Assembly (NCBI GenBank): GCA_030295235.1
Contig: AP026150.1
Coordinates: 248,001 to 312,000, forward strand
Reading direction: 5' to 3'
DNA: 64,000 nt
Source: Fistulifera solaris
Lineage: Eukaryota
The notes beneath the pieces were generated by a model. The model saw nothing but the letters and a program-made list of their open reading frames with translations. It ran no database searches and was not told the origin of the DNA. This document shows, one piece after another, positions 58,528 to 64,000 of this stretch (within the stretch, counting starts at the first letter, position 1; each line of letters begins with the position of its first letter). The position numbers and the translations under genes are program-made.

Positions 58528-61500
58528 ATGGGAGAAAACGAACCATCATCCTGTTCTCATACCCCCGTTCGTCCTTGTTCATCATCCTCCTCCGGCAAGT
58601 CCTCCTACCATGACTCCTCTACAACTACGGAGACGAAAAAATCTATACTGGCAGTGGTGCAAGAGAACGGGATGGATGTTGTCGTATTTGATGCGTCCGG
58701 AAAGCCTCGAACCTTTCAAGGCACGCAATCGTTGTGCTTTCAGACGCACGGCAATGATACGGCGGGTGATTTATTGACACCGTGTTTTGATGAACATGGC
58801 AATCACGGTGATCCAGAGGAAGATTGCTTTTGCGGAATCGATACGCCACATTTACACGCTCATGCGTACGATCCTCACGGATGTCACGATGACGCAAATT
58901 ATGCGGGAGACAAAATGTCACTTCTGGCTTCGCACACTATTCATCCCGTCACCGACGAGAATGAACTTTTGATACAAATTCGTGTCTCCGAATCTATGCC
59001 AAATGAATGCAATGCTCGTGTGTGGCAAGACAAAAAGGCTATCATCCAGGTCGTCGAGTACACGAGGTGCAACACGACGATCACGTCGACTATTTAGTTC
59101 ACAACCAAACGACCGGACAATTGCATTTAGAGCATCCGTGTGATGATTGTGGACAAAATGATATTCACGGTGCCTTCCGTAACATCGGCGAACGTCACTT
59201 GAAGCTTACGGCAGGGAATCATGCTATGCACTTTTTTCAAGTTTCGTCGAAACCGTTTACAGTCCTCGACTACATCCATTCGGCCTTTGACATCCACTCA
59301 GATCGTGTCGCGGCCGCGACGTTAGATCACGGCACAATCGAGCGTTCCCCGCCTCGACCAGTGCACGAGGTTGTTTCTTCGACCCTTTCGTGCGGAGGTA
59401 TTTGTTGTGCTTCCGAGTCCCCGATCATTGAGAAACGACTGACGGTAATGCCTGGTGTGGACAAAGTGATGATCAATGTACCTCTCAAACAAGTCATTGT
59501 GAAGCACAATCCGCACGTGATTACCGCCAAAGAACTCGAGCGGGCTTTGAACGAAGAAAACATGAAAGCCACGATAATGCGAGACGGCGGCGCAAGCATC
59601 GGGAAACCATCCTCGGGCGGTCGCTCTCAGTTTTTCGTGCAGCACATTTGTTGTGCCAGCGAAATACCGGCCATTCGGAAAATAGTAGAGCCTATACCAG
59701 GAGTGACTGCGGTTTCAATCAATACGACGACGAAAGCTGTTTATGTGGATCACGAAACGACAATGGTGTCGGCGAAAGACATTTGTGACGCTTTGAATCG
59801 AGAAAAGTTTGGTGCCGAAATTCGATACGATGCAGCGATCAGTACCGCAACTTCTTTGACGAGTTTTGTTGAATCCACTTTATCGCTTGACGATCCCGCC
59901 GGTCATCCTGAAGCAGAGACGCTAAAAGAGAGCTACTTGGCGAGTTCGATAACTCACACATCGAATCGATCCTTGTAGATGTTTCGAATCGAAAGATAAC
60001 CGTAGTACACAATGCCTTTTTAGTCAGTGTCGAGACCATCGCGACGTTTCTGAGAGACAAAGCCAATTTACATGTATCCGTATCCGTGGATGGTTCGGAT
60101 CCGTCCCGCTGGTCTCTCCCGGTAATCGAAGTTTCCGCCTCTGAAGAAGGGCCAATGTGTGAAGAAGTGCCCACTTATCCTAAAGCATCGGTGATGATGA
60201 GCGGTGTATTTTGGGTCATTTCCATGCTACATTACATTGGGGACACTTGGTGAGCATTTCCCGTTGCTTGCTGTTTCGTAAATATGCAAAGGTGACGTCT
60301 ATCGTTGTCTTACGTTATCTATCTTTTGTAACATGCAGGGAATACTTGAAATATGTTGGGTTATTGTCGGTTGCTTTTGGTCTCCCCCCTATAGCCATGA
60401 AAGCTATGCGAACAATGCGTCGGTTCCAATTTGACGCTAATTGTCTAATGTTCTTTGCGTCCATTGGCGCGGTGGCACTTCAGGATTATCCGGAGGCTGC
60501 TGCTGTCGTCTTTTGTTTTCAGTATCGGAATGGCTGGAAGTTCGCGCGACATCAAGAGCCCGTCGCGCTCTCTCTGCTATTGTCAACCTGCGTCCAGAGA
60601 AAGCAAATCTGATGCACCCGAACACACATGAAATGATTTCCGTATCAGCTACCTCGGTACCAATCGGTGCTTTGGTTGTTGTTAGAACTGGGGATAAAAT
60701 ACCGTGCGATGGAGTGGTCATTTCGGGTCAGTCGACTGTAGATGAGTCTTCTCTAACGGGGGAATCAAAACCGATTAGAAAAGGTCCAGGGGATAGCGTG
60801 TCTGGTGGGACTTTGAATTCCGGATTATCACAGTTGACAGTTCGAACAACTGCAAGTGCTGAGGATTCTGCCGTGGCCCGGCTCATTCGCTTAGTCGAGG
60901 AAGCGCAAGCAAATCGATCCGAAACGGAAAAAATTGTGGATGAGTTTGCGCGATGGTACACGCCACTGATTTTGACGGCGGCCTTACTCATGTGTAGTAT
61001 TCCTTGGTTGTTTGGAGCAGATACGGGCAAAGAATGGACCTCGAATGGTCTCATTTTAATTGTTGTTGCCTGCCCATGTGCTCTTGTGATTTCTACACCC
61101 GTCGCATACGTTGCGGGTTTAGCCGCAACGGCGCAAAGGGTATTCTAATAAAAGGGGGCGCTATCCTTGAAGCACTTGCATGTGTTGAAAATATCTGTTT
61201 TGATAAAACGGGAACCCTTACAAATGGGGAGTTTGCGTTACTTCATCTGGAGCTGGTTTCCAGTGAGCTATCTCGCATTGAAGTTCTGGGTTATTTGAGT
61301 GCAATGGAAGAACGTGCATCGCATCCGGTTGCCCAGGCAATTGTGAATGCCGCAAGGAATGAGAAAGCATATGCGCGAACCAACCATAAGGTTGAGCAGC
61401 ACATGATTGTGGCTGGGGCCGGCGTAGAAGGAATAATCAACGGCAAGCGTGTCCGCATCGGTAATGATCGCCTTTTTCAGGGCCTTGACGTGCTGGATAG

Positions 61501-62398
61501 TTTGAACCCGCTCATTCGCGCAGAAGTGGAGTCATGGAAAGCTTTAGGTGGTACAATTGGTTTTATGAGCATCGAAGGTTATGGCATTGTGTGTGCTTTC
61601 TGTGCGGCAGATGCTGTTCGTTCTGAATCTGCCAATGTTATTCGGAAGCTTACAGACGCAGGCATTAAAATAACTATGTTGACCGGAGATAACCACGACA
61701 CAGCGCTCGCGATCGGGCGTCAGATTGGACTGTTACCGACACAGGTGAAATCGAAGTTGCTACCGGAAGAAAAGCTTGAATTCATTGAAGGGTTGAGTGA
61801 CCAAAAAATAGCCAAATCTATATTTTTGAATATCTTAGGAAAGAAAAATGTGACTGTAATGTGTGGCGACGGTAAGTGTTAGTCAAAGCGTGTCCGCTAT
61901 GACTATAGCACATTCTCACAACGCTTTTGCCGTGTTTACTTAGGTGTAAACGATGCCCCTAGTCTTGCGACCGCCAATGTAGGTGTTGCAATGGGGCACG
62001 GAGCTGCACTTGCAATGGAAACCGCTGATGTCACTCTTCTCGACTCAAATCTAGAAAAGCTTCTCTACTGCATCGAAACGGGCAAGAAGGTGACCTGGAA
62101 AATCAAAGAAAATGTCTTGTTTAGTATTATCGTGAAGCTCATTGTTCTTGCTTTTGCAATTGCGGGGCGTACGCACCTTTGGGTCGCTATTGCCAGCGAC
62201 GTTGGGTCAATGATTTTGGTGACATTGAATGCAATGACAATTTTACCGAAGCGTCAGAAAGACATGCCTTTTAGAGACCCATGCGACGTAGAAGATGGCT
62301 TTCCATCCTCCAAAGCCGTGCATTGTGAAACTGATGAATTAGCAACTCCGTGTTCATCTGGCTGCTGTAAAGTGAGCAAAAATAGAAGCTGCAACTAG
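58528..62398 (+). CDS. HMA: P1B-2 type Zn2+/Cd2+-transporting ATPase (HMA2/4-like)
   Basis: CCASE HMA domains, [37 protein letters not shown] in TM5 (IVKL) and DxG in TM6 (ASDVG). Introns 60250-60338 and 61872-61943; about 4 indels. Confidence 0.93.
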
Positions 62399-62494
62399 GG
62401 AAGTTTACAAAGAACGAATAACTCAACTAAAGACAATAATGGTACTATTGTGGTAAACAACGATACAAAAGGTATTGTTGGTTAACAGTCCAGT

Positions 62495-63925
62495 TTAAAG
62501 AGAGCACAACCCGTACTCTTTCTCAAATGTATTGGACTTGTCGCTGAGCGAAGACTGTCCAGACTCAGACGCTGGATAGTTTGTCATGAAGTCATATTCA
62601 CGGTGAGCGTCATCATACAATGATAGCGACGCCAAGGATCTCGGAAAGGACATAGCAAATTGAGTCGGGTATGGTTTCTGCTTCACTACTTTTTGCGGGG
62701 CTGCTTCTTCTTCCGGTTTTTGCTTGACGTTTATGTTCCGAAGTCGTCGACAGGTGAAAACACCGAATGAAAACATAGCAACGGCGATTAGAATTAGAAC
62801 CACAGAGAGAACAATGGAAAGAGCCGAGATGTCGCTTGACTCCGCATCACTAGTTTGCGAGCTCACTGGCTCACCATTCAGCTCGATGTAAACCCAATCA
62901 GATACAAGGTATTTTTTCAGATTATCGGTTCCCCAAAGCGAGAAGTAAGTCCGCAGATGAGCTGTGATATCCTCAGGGGTTGGGTGGTCTTCGCGTTCGT
63001 AGAATACTTCGCCCGTAATAAGCACAATTGATGGCGATGAAATTTCTACATCGACGAATAAATCAGCAGCGACAAAGGACATTGAGTTAGGGCCCGACGC
63101 CAGGACCCCCCAGAAAAAAGCTTCTAATTTGTCAAGGAGCAGGGCTTTGTCAAATTCTCTCTCTACTGACGAGAATGCAACATGAATTTGAATTTCGGGG
63201 ATTGAAGCTTCAAAATACGAGCCTGGATCCTGGCCGTGTTTGTCGTCGCCATCTGGTTGCTGATTGACGCCCGAAGGTGACTGCGTACTGAATTGATTAT
63301 CAGGATTCTCTTCCGACGTTTGCGCCGTCGGTGCTTGAGTAGGCCGCATTTCATGACTCAAGGTCGGCTGTGTGGTTGAAGCCGTCACCGTCGCCTGCTC
63401 AGAGGTTCCTAATGAGGGTGTCATCGCCGGAAAGTTCGGTAAAATTAACGGGGATAGTGATATAATCGTGGCAGTATTTGCTGAAGGAACGGGTTGTGGA
63501 AGCCCGTTGATTAATGACGGCGAAAGACTTTGCGGTTCATGTGGAAGGGAACTCAACACGGCCGAAACGGGTGAGTTGGACGGATATTCCCCAGCAAGTG
63601 CATGCGTTGGAGTCGCCGTCGGGCTCAAGGATGGCAAATGACTTGGTGATATGACCGGTTCTGACGAAGGACTTTGGTTCATCGTACGACTTGTTGATGG
63701 AGAACTAGAAGCCGATGGTGTTGGTGGGATCCATGGCTCTCTTGGAATATCTGAAAAGTAGATGGGGGCAGTGGCTGGATTCAGAGCAGTGAACGTGTTC
63801 AACGAGCGCAACGAATAGAGATCCGAGTTCTCATATGGAAATCTGTTTTTGAAGTGCGGCACGTCTGCACCTGTGCTAGCTACCGCCGAGATGAATGTAA
63901 ACAATATAAGTCTTAAGCTTGACAT
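62495..63925 (-). CDS. Type I membrane protein with Ser/Pro/Thr-rich (mucin-like) ectodomain
   Basis: Signal peptide MSSLRLILFTFISAVASTG, S/P/T-rich stalk, small globular domain, TM ALSIVLSVVLILIAVAMFSFGVF followed by CRRLR. Confidence 0.75.
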   Translation of the reverse strand: MSSLRLILFTFISAVASTGADVPHFKNRFPYENSDLYSLRSLNTFTALNPATAPIYFSDIPREPWIPPTPSASSSPSTSRTMNQSPSSEPVISPSHLPSLSPTATPTHALAGEYPSNSPVSAVLSSLPHEPQSLSPSLINGLPQPVPSANTATIISLSPLILPNFPAMTPSLGTSEQATVTASTTQPTLSHEMRPTQAPTAQTSEENPDNQFSTQSPSGVNQQPDGDDKHGQDPGSYFEASIPEIQIHVAFSSVEREFDKALLLDKLEAFFWGVLASGPNSMSFVAADLFVDVEISSPSIVLITGEVFYEREDHPTPEDITAHLRTYFSLWGTDNLKKYLVSDWVYIELNGEPVSSQTSDAESSDISALSIVLSVVLILIAVAMFSFGVFTCRRLRNINVKQKPEEEAAPQKVVKQKPYPTQFAMSFPRSLASLSLYDDAHREYDFMTNYPASESGQSSLSDKSNTFEKEYGLCSL

Positions 63926-64000
63926 GTTGTCGAGGTTGTCGAGATTAATTTGTAAGTTCATCAAGTTTAAGACCACTACATAGGATTTTTCTCAACACCG

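Noticed and set aside
2516..62398. Mass pseudogenisation or programmed frameshifting/RNA editing
   Set aside because: Indels go in both directions, sit mostly in homopolymers, hit essential genes and come with no nonsense decay or shared slippery motif; assembly error is the simplest explanation.
1..64000. CRISPR arrays, transposons, tRNA/rRNA, telomeric repeats
   Set aside because: No repeat-spacer arrays, transposase/RT/integrase motifs, long terminal repeats, cloverleafs or rRNA-like sequence were recognised by eye; small ncRNAs cannot be excluded without an Infernal/Rfam search.

Overview
Gene-dense eukaryotic nuclear DNA, almost certainly from a diatom (probably a raphid pennate). Evidence: short GT-AG introns, bipartite signal-peptide + ASAF/AFxP plastid-targeting presequences, an Lhcr-type fucoxanthin-chlorophyll protein, a single-domain EukCatA-type channel and a DUF6824 protein. 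About 36 protein-coding genes can be reconstructed, including VPS35, RPT2, a catalytically dead ClpR, mitochondrial ATP synthase b, a CCT protein, a divergent EF-1alpha, an SDR, PDCD2, GT34, NDUFAF6, two tandem GT90 genes, a TLDc protein, beta'-COP, CSN6, an HD hydrolase and a P1B-2 Zn/Cd ATPase. Roughly 25 single-base indels, mostly in homopolymer runs, break essential genes and are best read as long-read assembly errors. I saw no rRNA, tRNA, CRISPR array or transposase/RT. The most notable observations are: (i) an intronless Zn(II)2Cys6 transcription factor with an apparent C-terminal PAS-like sensor domain; (ii) a recurrent intergenic palindrome TACC(W)GGTA and many intergenic 7-bp-period tandem repeats; (iii) a P1B ATPase with an unusual His/Cys N-terminal module plus CCASE HMA domains; (iv) a divergent EF-1alpha; (v) a secreted mosaic Cys-rich repeat protein; (vi) a gene-conversion-like tract between the GT90 paralogs; and (vii) an exon-duplicated plastid membrane protein. 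All family calls come from motif recognition by eye; no searches were run.
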